Assembly (NCBI GenBank): GCA_963674695.2
Contig: CAXXGI010000001.1
Coordinates: 800,001-864,000, forward strand
From: a bacterium
Lineage (GTDB): Bacteria; UBA10199; 2-02-FULL-44-16; JAAZCA01
Direction of reading: 5' to 3'
DNA length: 64,000 nucleotides
A model generated the notes under the pieces. The model had not been told where the DNA came from. It saw only the letters and a program-made list of their open reading frames with translations, and ran no database searches. A program made the translations under genes and the position numbers. Below, piece after piece: positions 48,705 through 58,803 of the stretch. The stretch's first letter is position 1; each line of letters begins with the position of its first letter.

Positions 48705-50858
48705 TCATTTCACGTTCAGGTATTGAAAATAGAACGAGAACTCCTCAGCGAATTCCTTTGCCCTGGCGTTGAGAGGCTTTCCTCCTCCGTGACCCTGACC
48801 GTAGTTCGTCCGCAGAATGATCGGCTTTTCTCCCGCGCTGGCCGCCTGGAGCCGGGCGGTCATCTTCCTCGACTGCATCGCATCCACGCGAGGGTCGTTG
48901 ACCGCCGCCGTGAACATCACGGCCGGATAGTGAACGCCATCGCGCACGCGATGGTATGGGGAATAGGCATAGAGCGCCGCGAACTGATCGGGCTTTGTCA
49001 CCGTTCCAAACTCGGTGATGTTAAATTCCCCGTTTGCGGACAGTTCGGTGCGGAGCATGTCGTAGACACCGACATGCGAGAAAACGACTGAGGCCAGATC
49101 CGGATGCTGCGTGATCATCGCCCCCATGAGCAACCCGCCGTTGCTTCCCCCTCGAAGCCCGAGTCGCTTATATGACGTGTATCCCCTTCGAACGAGATGG
49201 TTGGCAGCCGCGAAGAAATCGTCGAAGACGTTCTGTTTGTTCGTGAGGTTTCCCTCAAGATGCCAGCGTTCCCCGTACTCGCCGCCGCCACGAATATTAG
49301 CAACGGCATAGAGCACCCCGTGATTTAAGAGCACCTCGAGAACGGGTCGAAAAGACGGCGTGATGTTCACCCCATAACCGCCGTATCCATAGAGGATCAG
49401 CGGATGGCTTCCATCGAGCTTGATCCCCTTCGGCTTGAGGATGTTGACCGGAACCTTGGTGCCATCCTTCGACTTCGCAAATTCGCGCACGACCTCGACG
49501 CCTTCGAAGGTCGCCGGGGAGATATTGCGCATGGCGGTCAGCGTCGTCGTCCCCTTGGACGCATCGAAGAAGAAGATCGCACCCGGATCGATGAACGAAG
49601 CGTCGGAGAAGAAGATGTTATCGCCTCCGGCGGAGACCAGATCGCCCACCGATGAAACGGGGAGCTGTTTTGGAGCGAGCGCCGGTTTACCCCGCAGGTC
49701 GAACGCCCGGATCTCCGACGGCCCGCCCGTCTGATATTCCGCATAGATGCGAGAGTTGGTGACCAAGATCGACGGCGATCCCCAGAAGCTATCGATGAGC
49801 GTATCGCGCCCCTGACGCACAATGGTCTTGGCGCGTTTCACATCGAGATCCTTGGCCGAAATGCGCAGGAGTTTTCCGCGCGGCGCCTTGGCGCGCGACA
49901 GGAGAAAGAGGGAATCGTCTGGACCAAACACCGCTTCCACGACCTTGTCGCCAAACGAACTGAACTGCCGCCACGTCCCATCCGGATCACGCAGGTAATG
50001 AGAAAATTCACCGCCGTCGCCATTCTGGACGGTCGCCAGCAGACGACCCGTCTCTGCATTCATCCGCAGCTCGATCTCTGCAATTCGCGGGAAATCCCTG
50101 CCGAGTTCATAGCGGTCTTTGCTCGTCGGTGTTCCCAACGCATGGAAGTAGATTTGAACATAGAAATCCTTGTCCGCCTCCGGCCGTTCGTTTCCGCGCG
50201 GATACCGGGAATAGAAAAACCCCTTATCGTCCTGCGCCCAGGCCAGATCGCCCCCGGCCGTTCCGCCGTTCACCCCCGGCACGATACCGCCCACGCGCTT
50301 TCCGGTCGCGACATCGATGACCCGAACGTCACCCGACTCTGTACCAGATTTGGAGAGCGAAACCGCGACCAGCCTGCCGTTATGTGAGGGAACATAGAAA
50401 TCGATGGTGGTGCTGCCCGATGGATCGAGTTTGTTCGGATCGAGCACAACCTTGATATCGTCCTTTGCATTCGGATTGCTGGTCACCACGAGCATCTTCT
50501 GCTGTTTGGGCGGCGCATACTTCAGCGCAAAGAGTTTTCCGTTGCGAAAGCTGATATCTTCGTAGCGTTCCGAATTCCCCTTGAGAACCGCTTCGATCTC
50601 CGTATACAACCCCTTGCCACTGGGACAGGATTGCAGCGTGGCGGTGGCATAGTCGTTTTGCGCCTTGGTCCAGCGACGCACCGCCTTGTCGTTCCAGTCC
50701 TCGAGCCATCGATAGGATTCGGTCACCTCCACCCCATGATAGGTATCCGTGACCGGCGAAGCCTTCGTCGACGGAGGACCAGCAACGCTCGCGCCCGCAG
50801 ATGCCATCACCGCCGCCACCACAAAGACCGCCATCGCCCATCGCTTTGCGCTGGTCAT
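48705..50858 (-). CDS. Secreted prolyl oligopeptidase (S9A)
   Basis: Signal peptide, YRWLED, YGYGG, GGSNGG, DPRV, GH. Confidence 0.95.
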   Translation of the reverse strand: MTSAKRWAMAVFVVAAVMASAGASVAGPPSTKASPVTDTYHGVEVTESYRWLEDWNDKAVRRWTKAQNDYATATLQSCPSGKGLYTEIEAVLKGNSERYEDISFRNGKLFALKYAPPKQQKMLVVTSNPNAKDDIKVVLDPNKLDPSGSTTIDFYVPSHNGRLVAVSLSKSGTESGDVRVIDVATGKRVGGIVPGVNGGTAGGDLAWAQDDKGFFYSRYPRGNERPEADKDFYVQIYFHALGTPTSKDRYELGRDFPRIAEIELRMNAETGRLLATVQNGDGGEFSHYLRDPDGTWRQFSSFGDKVVEAVFGPDDSLFLLSRAKAPRGKLLRISAKDLDVKRAKTIVRQGRDTLIDSFWGSPSILVTNSRIYAEYQTGGPSEIRAFDLRGKPALAPKQLPVSSVGDLVSAGGDNIFFSDASFIDPGAIFFFDASKGTTTLTAMRNISPATFEGVEVVREFAKSKDGTKVPVNILKPKGIKLDGSHPLILYGYGGYGVNITPSFRPVLEVLLNHGVLYAVANIRGGGEYGERWHLEGNLTNKQNVFDDFFAAANHLVRRGYTSYKRLGLRGGSNGGLLMGAMITQHPDLASVVFSHVGVYDMLRTELSANGEFNITEFGTVTKPDQFAALYAYSPYHRVRDGVHYPAVMFTAAVNDPRVDAMQSRKMTARLQAASAGEKPIILRTNYGQGHGGGKPLNARAKEFAEEFSFYFQYLNVK

Positions 50859-50935
50859 AGGACCTCCCCTTTGGTTGTTCACTCCAAAGTCCTATCGATA
50901 CAAAGCCGTTTTGTCGAGAATTGAAAGGAGCCGTT

Positions 50936-53539
50936 CTATTCCACGCCGTAGATCTCGATGCCACCGGCGACGGAGCTGGTCAGGAGATACCGACTGAAGG
51001 TGGAGAAGATCTTCACGTCGAGAAACTGGCAGGTGGTACAGCTCGTGACGAGCTGTGGCGAGCCGCTCGAGGAGACACTGAAGAGCGAGAAGGGGATGGT
51101 CGAGCCGTTGGGAGTGGCCACCGCCAGCGTCGATCCGCCGAGCGCCACGCGCGCATGCGGAAGATTCTCCCCGCTCGCGCCTGGGATGCTTACCGACGTA
51201 CCCGCGGCCTGTGGGTTGGAGATATCCTTGAGATAGATCTTCGTCCCCTTCACGAAGGCAATCGTATTCCCGCCCAGTGCATCGAGGGCTGCATCGACAA
51301 GACCCGTGGCCTTGATGAGGCGCTCGCGTGTTCCCGCCTGTGGACTGGTGCTCGTCCCCGCCTCGACTCGCCAACGATAGAGACCGTCGGGACCGGTGAA
51401 GACGATCGTGTAGGTACTCTGCCCGTCGTGCTTCACGCTCTGGATCCGTCCGGGGTGCGCATCGGCATCCGCTTCGATTTCGAGCGTCGTCGACAGCGCC
51501 ACGCGCTCGAGCTCCGTGCAATTGTCGTCGCATTCGTATCGATAGAGGCCGGTCTGGAGATACCACTTTCCGTCGGCATATCCGGAATAGAGCACAGCGA
51601 TCTTGCTCACCGGGCCAATATGAAGATCGCGCACGCTGCGCACGCGCTTGTCCTCATCGCTCTCGTTGCTCCCCGCCGGAAAACCGGCGAACTCGAAGTC
51701 GCTCTGCGAGCGACTGATCGTGAGCGTCTCGCGCGTGGAGCCATCATCCCCCTTCTGGATCGAGAGGTTCCAGGGCTGGCGATATTCGTACGCGCCCCCC
51801 TCGCCGGTGGACGACCAGGCAAACGCGAGCATGCTTCCATTATAGGCGGCCTCGCCCACATACGAGCTCGCATTGGAGAGTCCCCCGATGGTCGCCTGGG
51901 CGAGCGCATTCTCCACCTTGAGCATCCCGCCGCGCGCATTGGCCATCTCGATCGCGGCCACCTTGTTCGACCCGCCCCCTTCGAGGCGGACGAAGATCGC
52001 GCCGGTGTCGACGAGGGTCACTGCATTCGCGGCATCGACGAACTCGAGTGCGGAGGCGCCGGTGCCATCATCCGCCTTCACCGCCGTGAAGCTCGCTGCC
52101 GCACCGCCGGAATAGAGGATCAGGTCGTTGGGAATGCCGGTGATGAGCCCCTGCACCTGGTCGACCTCCTGCGCATCGTAGACCCAGCGTTCGTCGCCAC
52201 CCATCTCGGCCCGGCGCATCGCCAGGAGAAAGTTCGGCCCGCGGATAAATCCTTTGTCGCCCTCGACGGCGATCGCAAAGGTAAACGGAGGGGCCGATTC
52301 GCTGTGCTGAAAGACCGCCAGCTCCACCGGCTGAAAGTGCGTCGCCTTGGAGAGATCGTCGAAATCGCGGAAGATGAAGAAGCCCGACTTGAAGGCGTAG
52401 AGTCCGTTCTCGTTGTAGGCCGTGAGCGTCCCGTCCTTGGCGGCCTCGCGCAGACAGGCCAGCTGCGCATCGGAGCCCTCACCGCTGCAATTGGTGGCGA
52501 TGAAACCCTGCACCGAGGTCTGACGATACGCCATTCCGATCACATAGAGCGCGCCGGAATCGTAGGCGATGTCGGTCGGAATGAAGCGATCGAAGTGGGA
52601 GAAGCTCTCGTCGGCAGCGTCGAAGATGACCGGGGAGACATCGCCCGTCGCAAGATCGACGCCGCGCACGATGCCGATCGGCACATCGACGAGCATGCTG
52701 GCGAAGATCGGATCGTAGACCTCGTCGAAGGTCGGCGCCACATTCGTCACCGTGGTCTCATGCCGCGCATAGAGGAAGGCCTTCTCGCTCGCGATCTTGG
52801 TCTTGACCGGCAGATAGTCCGAGGCGTTTTCATCCAGGACCTGCGTGCCGGTCAGAATGCCGGCACAGGCCTCGCTGTTGCCCAGCTCGGACAGCGAGGT
52901 CACCTGCACGAAGCCATCGCCCGAGGCGAAGAGGATACGCGAGCCGTCGCTGTCGGCGGCGATCGACCAGACGCCGCTGGGCACCGGGCGATAGCCCGTC
53001 GGTGCCGCATCGACGAGATCGCCGCTGCTGTTCATGCCGATGATCCCGATACCGCGCTCGGTTCCATAGATGAGATAGGGGCTTCCATCCCGCTTCACCG
53101 AGGCGAGTGCTGTGACCGCCCCCGGGCGATCGAGCAGAACCGTGCCGAGCGAACCCAGCTCAGTGCCATAGCGCACAGAGGCGCCGCTGCCCCAGGCGAG
53201 TGCGATGACACGCTCGGCCTCCGGCGGGGTGACATCGATCGTGGAGACCGCGCGAATCTGACCACCGATGTTGCCCTGATAGATCGACAGGAGGGGATCG
53301 GTCTCCATCGCCACGCGCTGGGTATCCTGTCCGTCGACCTGGATTTCATAGGCACTCGCACCATCCAAGCAGACCTTCCCCGAGATGCCGGGGATGCCAT
53401 CGATATCTCCCCCATCGCCCCCATCACCGCCACCGCCACCGCTGCAGGCGCCCATGAGGACCACAAGCGTCAATGCGATGACAGCACCCCCCAGGCGACA
53501 TCGGGAGGCAAAAAGGCATTCTTGAAAAAGTGAAGTCAT
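50936..53539 (-). CDS. Large lipoprotein, probable beta-propeller
   Basis: Lipobox MGAC then Gly/Asp linker; beta-rich repeats ending ..GGIEIY; sigma54 promoter upstream. Confidence 0.75.
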   Translation of the reverse strand: MTSLFQECLFASRCRLGGAVIALTLVVLMGACSGGGGGDGGDGGDIDGIPGISGKVCLDGASAYEIQVDGQDTQRVAMETDPLLSIYQGNIGGQIRAVSTIDVTPPEAERVIALAWGSGASVRYGTELGSLGTVLLDRPGAVTALASVKRDGSPYLIYGTERGIGIIGMNSSGDLVDAAPTGYRPVPSGVWSIAADSDGSRILFASGDGFVQVTSLSELGNSEACAGILTGTQVLDENASDYLPVKTKIASEKAFLYARHETTVTNVAPTFDEVYDPIFASMLVDVPIGIVRGVDLATGDVSPVIFDAADESFSHFDRFIPTDIAYDSGALYVIGMAYRQTSVQGFIATNCSGEGSDAQLACLREAAKDGTLTAYNENGLYAFKSGFFIFRDFDDLSKATHFQPVELAVFQHSESAPPFTFAIAVEGDKGFIRGPNFLLAMRRAEMGGDERWVYDAQEVDQVQGLITGIPNDLILYSGGAAASFTAVKADDGTGASALEFVDAANAVTLVDTGAIFVRLEGGGSNKVAAIEMANARGGMLKVENALAQATIGGLSNASSYVGEAAYNGSMLAFAWSSTGEGGAYEYRQPWNLSIQKGDDGSTRETLTISRSQSDFEFAGFPAGSNESDEDKRVRSVRDLHIGPVSKIAVLYSGYADGKWYLQTGLYRYECDDNCTELERVALSTTLEIEADADAHPGRIQSVKHDGQSTYTIVFTGPDGLYRWRVEAGTSTSPQAGTRERLIKATGLVDAALDALGGNTIAFVKGTKIYLKDISNPQAAGTSVSIPGASGENLPHARVALGGSTLAVATPNGSTIPFSLFSVSSSGSPQLVTSCTTCQFLDVKIFSTFSRYLLTSSVAGGIEIYGVE

Positions 53540-53614
53540 AACAATGGGATAGCTCCCCCATCTCCATGGGCACGCCGCATGCGGCCGACGGAGATAGTCT
53601 CCATTCCATTATAG

Positions 53615-53630
53615 AGCATAAAACGTGCCA
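53615..53630 (-). promoter_or_regulatory. Sigma54 -24/-12 promoter
   Basis: Minus strand TGGCACGTTTTATGCT. Confidence 0.75.
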
Positions 53631-53686
53631 ATTTTGGTTGAGAGGAAGCGAACGCGAAAGGAGCCGTATAAGAATCTCTTCCCGGC

Positions 53687-54619
53687 TTACGGAATCACGA
53701 AGGTGAGCAGAGGGCCGGTGGCGATCTCGATGCGCGATTCGGCAGGGTGCGCATCGCCGTCGACGGTGTAGGTCATCGGCTCGTCGAACTCGAGCAGCAT
53801 CTCGGAACACATCTCGTCGATATAGTGCTCCGAGTTCGCGGGGCGCGCGAAGAAGGCTCGGGGAAATGTGGTCAGTAATTGGCGGGGTGTAGCGGAGATA
53901 TCCACCGACTGAAACTTCCCGATCTCGGAGGTCGCGCGGTAGAGCGGATTGAAATGCAGGCCGAGCGTCTCCATCGTGCCGGCGAAGATCATGTTGTAGT
54001 TTTTGAACGGCTGCACCTTGCCATCGAGGGTCAGACGCGCGTTGAAGCGCTCACAGAGGTGACGTGCAAAGCGCCCATTGATGAGCGTGGAGACTGCAGC
54101 GTGAAAGAGGACCCATGCACCCCGCTGCGGCGTCGGCCCCCCCTCGACATTCTCATAGACATGGATGAAGCGCGAAACGACCCCCATGCCGAAGATGAAT
54201 CCATAGACGCCGTTCACGCGGATCATATTGAACTGCGTCTCACGAAAGGGCTCATTCTCATGGTACTTCACGATGAGATTGGAGAGAACCTTTTCCGGCG
54301 CACCACGAATGCCGAGTTGCCCCGCGAGGTTGTTCATCGTTCCGCCACGCAACAGCGCGATCTTGGGAAGCGGCGTGTCGCCATAGACCTCGAGAAAGGT
54401 GGTGAGCGTCTTATGGTTCGTGCCATCGCCGCCGGAGATCCCCAGAATTTCGACGCCGCGCTCCTTGAACTCGACAGCCAGTTCGCGCACCTGATCGATG
54501 GTCTCCGTGAGATGACAGGATCCCTTGTCGCCGACGATGAACCCCATGTGTTTCACCCGATGGGGGTTCTTTCGATTCGACCGCGAATGCGGATTGAGAA
54601 TGACGCCGATGCCTGACAT
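53687..54619 (-). CDS. Diacylglycerol kinase (YegS/DAGK_cat) family lipid kinase
   Basis: ILNPHS, GGDGT, GGTMNNLA, VDGD. Confidence 0.9.
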   Translation of the reverse strand: MSGIGVILNPHSRSNRKNPHRVKHMGFIVGDKGSCHLTETIDQVRELAVEFKERGVEILGISGGDGTNHKTLTTFLEVYGDTPLPKIALLRGGTMNNLAGQLGIRGAPEKVLSNLIVKYHENEPFRETQFNMIRVNGVYGFIFGMGVVSRFIHVYENVEGGPTPQRGAWVLFHAAVSTLINGRFARHLCERFNARLTLDGKVQPFKNYNMIFAGTMETLGLHFNPLYRATSEIGKFQSVDISATPRQLLTTFPRAFFARPANSEHYIDEMCSEMLLEFDEPMTYTVDGDAHPAESRIEIATGPLLTFVIP

Positions 54620-54625
54620 AAGAAC

Positions 54626-54698
54626 CGTGACTCGTGACTCGTGACTCGTGACTGACAAATACCAGATCGAGTTACGAATAACGAGTTGCGAGTCACGA
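54626..54698. repeat. Inverted heptamer junction element (kamE-DAGK)
   Basis: cgtgact x4, core, then cgagtta/cgaataa/cgagttg/cgagtca. Confidence 0.85.
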
Positions 54699-54721
54699 AC
54701 AGTAGGGGCATTTCATGCCGT

Positions 54722-55807
54722 TCACTTCGTTTCCGAGCCGGATGAAGGCGCAGCCACAACCTTTTTCCGATGACGCCTGCCGCCGCGCTTTCCGCGACGG
54801 CGCTTCGGCTTATTCGCTTGCTGTTCTTCGGTCTTCACCTCCGCAACTGGATTTGCCTTTGCCGCGACGATCGTCTTCGACGCCGACGATTCTGCAGCCG
54901 CCTCCTTCGCCGTGGGCGCACGCCGCCCACGCGAACGACCACTCCGGCCGGTGGTGGATGTGCTCGCCGCCTTCGGATGTGGCTTTGCCTTCGGCGTCGC
55001 CCGCGATGCGCGCTGTTGCGTCGGAACCTCTTGCGCCTCTTCCTCCTTCTGTTCGGCGATCTTGTGCCGCTTCATGTATTCGCGCACGATGAAGCTGGCC
55101 ACCTCCGAGGGTTTCGTCCCCGTCCCATAGCCCGCATCGAAACCGAGTTTCACGGCAACGGCGTGATCCAGACGCGGCCCGCCGACGATGAGCAGGAGCT
55201 CTTTGGGCAGCCGCGAATCCTTTTTCGCCAGGGCCCGAAAGGCCTTGAGGTTTTTGATATGACAATCGCGCTGCGTCACCACCTGCGAGATCAGGATCAC
55301 ATCGGCCTTCAGCTCCACCGCTCGATCGAGCAACTGTTCGTTGGTCAGCTGGCTGCGCAGATTATGCGCGGTGAAGAGCGGATAGCGTTCCAACCCGTAG
55401 TCGTGATCATACCCCTTCATGTTCATGATGGCATCGATGCCAACGGTGTGCGCATCCGCACCGGTCGCCGCTCCGACGACGACGATCGGCTCTTTCAGAT
55501 TGCGCTCCATGTAGGACTTGAGTTCTTCGTAATGCATGACCGGCGTCTCGATCTTTGGAACACGGATCTTGGTAAAATCCAGCGTGTTTTTGCCCGCGCC
55601 ATAGACGACAAAATAGGTAAAACCTTCGCCCATCGAGTCCATCTGCGCCACCTGCACGCGGTCGAGACCCAGTTTTTCCACGTAGAGACGTGCGGCCTCG
55701 CGTGCCTCGGGACAAGCCTGTACCGGCAACGTAAACGACATCTGAATCATGCCGTCGTCCAAGCGATCGCCATAGGGTTTGAGTTTCTTTGGATTGACTG
55801 TGATCAT
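54722..55807 (-). CDS. kamE: Lysine 5,6-aminomutase beta subunit with long basic C-terminal tail
   Basis: KPYGD..DG..Q.SFTLP, DAHTVGIDAIMNMKG (B12-binding DxH and PLP Lys). Confidence 0.94.
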   Translation of the reverse strand: MITVNPKKLKPYGDRLDDGMIQMSFTLPVQACPEAREAARLYVEKLGLDRVQVAQMDSMGEGFTYFVVYGAGKNTLDFTKIRVPKIETPVMHYEELKSYMERNLKEPIVVVGAATGADAHTVGIDAIMNMKGYDHDYGLERYPLFTAHNLRSQLTNEQLLDRAVELKADVILISQVVTQRDCHIKNLKAFRALAKKDSRLPKELLLIVGGPRLDHAVAVKLGFDAGYGTGTKPSEVASFIVREYMKRHKIAEQKEEEAQEVPTQQRASRATPKAKPHPKAASTSTTGRSGRSRGRRAPTAKEAAAESSASKTIVAAKANPVAEVKTEEQQANKPKRRRGKRGGRRHRKKVVAAPSSGSETK

Positions 55808-55815
55808 AATAAGTC

Positions 55816-55904
55816 CGTAACTCGTAACTCGTGACTCGTGACTCGTAAAAACCGGCGGAGAGATTTTCCCATGACGAGTTACGATTCACGAGTAACGAGT
55901 CACG
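55816..55904. repeat. Inverted heptamer junction element (kamD-kamE)
   Basis: cgtaact/cgtgact x4, core, then cgagtta/cgattca/cgagtaa/cgagtca; includes the kamD stop codon. Confidence 0.88.
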
Positions 55905-57447
55905 TTTTTTTCAACAATTCCAATACCGGGTTGAAATAGTTCCGGTCCTTCTGCAGCACACCCTCGAGCCCTTTGCCGCCGTCCTCAGCGCGCTCGATCT
56001 CAGCAAACATGCCCTTGGCGATCGCCTTCATGAGCCCCGCCTGATCGATCTTGCGCAGATACTTATGCGTATTCTCCAGCACCGTGTGTGCACGCCGCGC
56101 GACCTTCCCATTCGGATTGAAGGTAATCTCATCCCCCAGATTCCGCGCGCTGTGGAAGACGTAATTCGCGTTGCGCAGCGCCCAGAACCGATCCTGCAGG
56201 TGGGGATTGTGAATCGCCTCGGTCGGAATGCCCAGGAGCTGAATCGACTGCTCGGTGATGATCGCCGCGACATTGAACATCGCATCCATCACGTTGCCCT
56301 GCATGATATCGCCCGTCATGAACTTCGTCGGCGGCATATACTTGATCGGCGCACGCGGAAAAATCTCGCGCACCATCTGCGCCTGGGCCAGCTCGAAGAG
56401 AAAACCATCCTCGATCGTGGGATCCAGCTCGAAGGCATGTCCCAGCCCCATCTGCTCTGGGGCAAGACCCGCGCTGAGCGCAAAACGTTCGTTGATAAAC
56501 TGACTGGCAAAGACGTGATGCGCATTGCGATAGGCGTCCGTCGTCGTGAGATAGTTATCCTCACCGGTATTAATGGTAATCCCCGCACGCGCGCAGATGA
56601 GGCGGGAGAAATACTGGTCGACGAAGGTTCGCTTCATATTGATGTCGCGAAAGAGAATACCATACATCGAATCGTTGAGCAGGACGTCGAGCCCTTCGTC
56701 CGCAGCGGCCACTGCAATCTCGGACATGCACAGCCCTGAAGAATAGTTGGTCAGGCGCACATAGCGACCGGCTTTTTTCGACGCCTCGTCGAGGGCGTCG
56801 CGCATGATGCGAAAGTTGGCCTGTGTGGCGAGCGTGCCGCCTGCCCCCTCGGTGGAGATGCCGTCAGGCACATAGTCGAGCAGCGACTGCGCCGTGGTGC
56901 GAATCACCGCGATGATGTCGGCCCCCTCTTCGACGGCCGAGACCGCTTGCGCCGCATCGTCATAGATATTTCCCGTGGCGACAATCAGATACTTGAGGGG
57001 AGCCGGTCCTTCGCCCAAGCGACCCAGAAGCGATTCGCGCTGACGACGACGCACATCGATGCGCGCCAAGCCCTTCTTGGCCAAATCGCGTCCCACTGCC
57101 TGTATCTTGGCCGCCGGCACATCCGGGATCTCTTCGAGTTTGAGTTTATCCGTGGCCAGCTTCTTTGCGAGCGCCTTCGGCTCGAGTCCCGTGTGCACGA
57201 GCGCCTGACAAAACCACCAGGCGATTCCCCGACGCAATCGGTCGCGATCGAGCCGGTCGACGATGAGGTTTACATGAGGCATCTCCATATGCGCCTCCTC
57301 GATACCGAAGACGCGCAACACCGAGCGCTCGGTCGAGGTGGTCGTATGCCGATCGATGTACTTCTGCACGGGCGCAACGATGCGCTGTGCCTCGTTTCGA
57401 CACTGATCGATCTTGTCGCGATCGAGATTGAGTTTTCTGTAGGCCAT
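55900..57447 (-). CDS. kamD: Lysine 5,6-aminomutase alpha subunit
   Basis: IVATGNIY.D, VIRTTAQSLLDYVP, NYSSGLCM, INTGEDNY, KYMPPTK. Confidence 0.96.
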   Translation of the reverse strand: MAYRKLNLDRDKIDQCRNEAQRIVAPVQKYIDRHTTTSTERSVLRVFGIEEAHMEMPHVNLIVDRLDRDRLRRGIAWWFCQALVHTGLEPKALAKKLATDKLKLEEIPDVPAAKIQAVGRDLAKKGLARIDVRRRQRESLLGRLGEGPAPLKYLIVATGNIYDDAAQAVSAVEEGADIIAVIRTTAQSLLDYVPDGISTEGAGGTLATQANFRIMRDALDEASKKAGRYVRLTNYSSGLCMSEIAVAAADEGLDVLLNDSMYGILFRDINMKRTFVDQYFSRLICARAGITINTGEDNYLTTTDAYRNAHHVFASQFINERFALSAGLAPEQMGLGHAFELDPTIEDGFLFELAQAQMVREIFPRAPIKYMPPTKFMTGDIMQGNVMDAMFNVAAIITEQSIQLLGIPTEAIHNPHLQDRFWALRNANYVFHSARNLGDEITFNPNGKVARRAHTVLENTHKYLRKIDQAGLMKAIAKGMFAEIERAEDGGKGLEGVLQKDRNYFNPVLELLKKT

Positions 57448-57463
57448 AACGCTTTCGTTTTCT

Positions 57464-57535
57464 GTTCGTCGGTTCGTCGGTTACAGCGTTTTGATTCTAT
57501 GATAGCGCGTCAAGTTCCATCGAACCATCGAACCG
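57464..57535. repeat. Inverted 8-mer junction element (kamA-kamD)
   Basis: gttcgtcg x2, core, catcgaac x2; same core as 22665-22807. Confidence 0.85.
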
Positions 57536-57538
57536 CTC

Positions 57539-58795
57539 TCAAGTCTTCGGTTTCAGTGTCACCCGCTGCCCCTCGATCAGGTCGAGGTAGCCGCGGTTTT
57601 CGGGGCGCTCGGGAACGAGGGTTTCGCCCACCGCCTCTGCGGTGGAACAGGTGCTATCGCGCTCGCTCGGGTTGCGGTAGCTGCTCATCATCCCCTTATA
57701 GTTGCGCACCACCGCGCACTCATCGGTCAGCGTCAGTAAATAGTTGGGCATGACGGGAATTTTTCCGCCACCGCCGGGCGCATCGATCACGAACGTCGGA
57801 AGGGCAAGCCCCGAGGTATGCCCGCGCAGATACTCCATGATCTCGAACCCCTTGGAGACCGACGTGCGAAAGTGCTCGATCCCCTCGGCCAGATCGCACT
57901 GGTAGATATAGTAGGGTTTCACCCGGATCTTGAGGAGTTCGTGCATCAACTTCTTCATGATGCGTGGGTCCGAATTGATGCGTCGCAGGAGCACGGCCTG
58001 ATTCTGCACCGGCATCCCCGCATCGGCGATCCGCGCACAGGCGGCCGCGGCCTGCGCCGTCACCTCATACGGATGGTTGAAGTGCGTCATGAAATAGATC
58101 GGTTGATACCGCTTGAGCATCGCGACCACTTCGTCGGTCACCTGCATCGGGAAGACCACGGGCGTGCGACTGGCCACGCGGATGATCTCGACGTGAGGGA
58201 TCGCGCGCAGGCGTTTCACAATCCCTTCGAGCATCGCGACCGACAGCATGAGGGCATCACCGCCGGAGAGAATGACGTCGCGAATCTCGGGGTGTGCCGC
58301 GATGTAGTCGATGGCCGCATCGTGTTCGGCGGCGAGCGCGTGTTCGGTCCGGTCGAGGATATGGCGACGACGCGTGCAGAAGCGGCAGTACATTGAGCAG
58401 ACTTCAGAAACGAGAAAGAGCACCCGGTCCGGATAGCGATGAACAAGCCGTGGCACGGGCGAATCAGCATCTTCGGCCAGCGGGTCGTTGAGATCGCTCA
58501 CGCCACGCTCGAGCTCTTCGATGGTCGGTACCGCCTGCAAGCGGATGGGGCACTCGGGGTTTTGTGGATCGATGAGCGAGAGGTAGTAGGGGGTCACCTG
58601 AAAGCGCGAATGTTTGACCGCCTCATCGACCTCGTCGCGCTCTTTTTTTGAAAGCGGGATCACCTTCGTCAACGTCTCGGCATCGGTGACGACGTTTTTC
58701 ATCTGCCAGACGGGGTCATTCCATTCCTCCGGCGTCACCTTCGCCCAGAGGGGAATGCGTTGATAATATGTGGGGTCGCTCGTATCAATCATCAC
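57539..58795 (-). CDS. kamA: Lysine 2,3-aminomutase (radical SAM)
   Basis: HRYPDRVL, CSMYCRFC, SGGD, THFNH, DAPGGGGK. Confidence 0.97.
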   Translation of the reverse strand: MMIDTSDPTYYQRIPLWAKVTPEEWNDPVWQMKNVVTDAETLTKVIPLSKKERDEVDEAVKHSRFQVTPYYLSLIDPQNPECPIRLQAVPTIEELERGVSDLNDPLAEDADSPVPRLVHRYPDRVLFLVSEVCSMYCRFCTRRRHILDRTEHALAAEHDAAIDYIAAHPEIRDVILSGGDALMLSVAMLEGIVKRLRAIPHVEIIRVASRTPVVFPMQVTDEVVAMLKRYQPIYFMTHFNHPYEVTAQAAAACARIADAGMPVQNQAVLLRRINSDPRIMKKLMHELLKIRVKPYYIYQCDLAEGIEHFRTSVSKGFEIMEYLRGHTSGLALPTFVIDAPGGGGKIPVMPNYLLTLTDECAVVRNYKGMMSSYRNPSERDSTCSTAEAVGETLVPERPENRGYLDLIEGQRVTLKPKT

Positions 58796-58803
58796 AAACC
58801 TCG

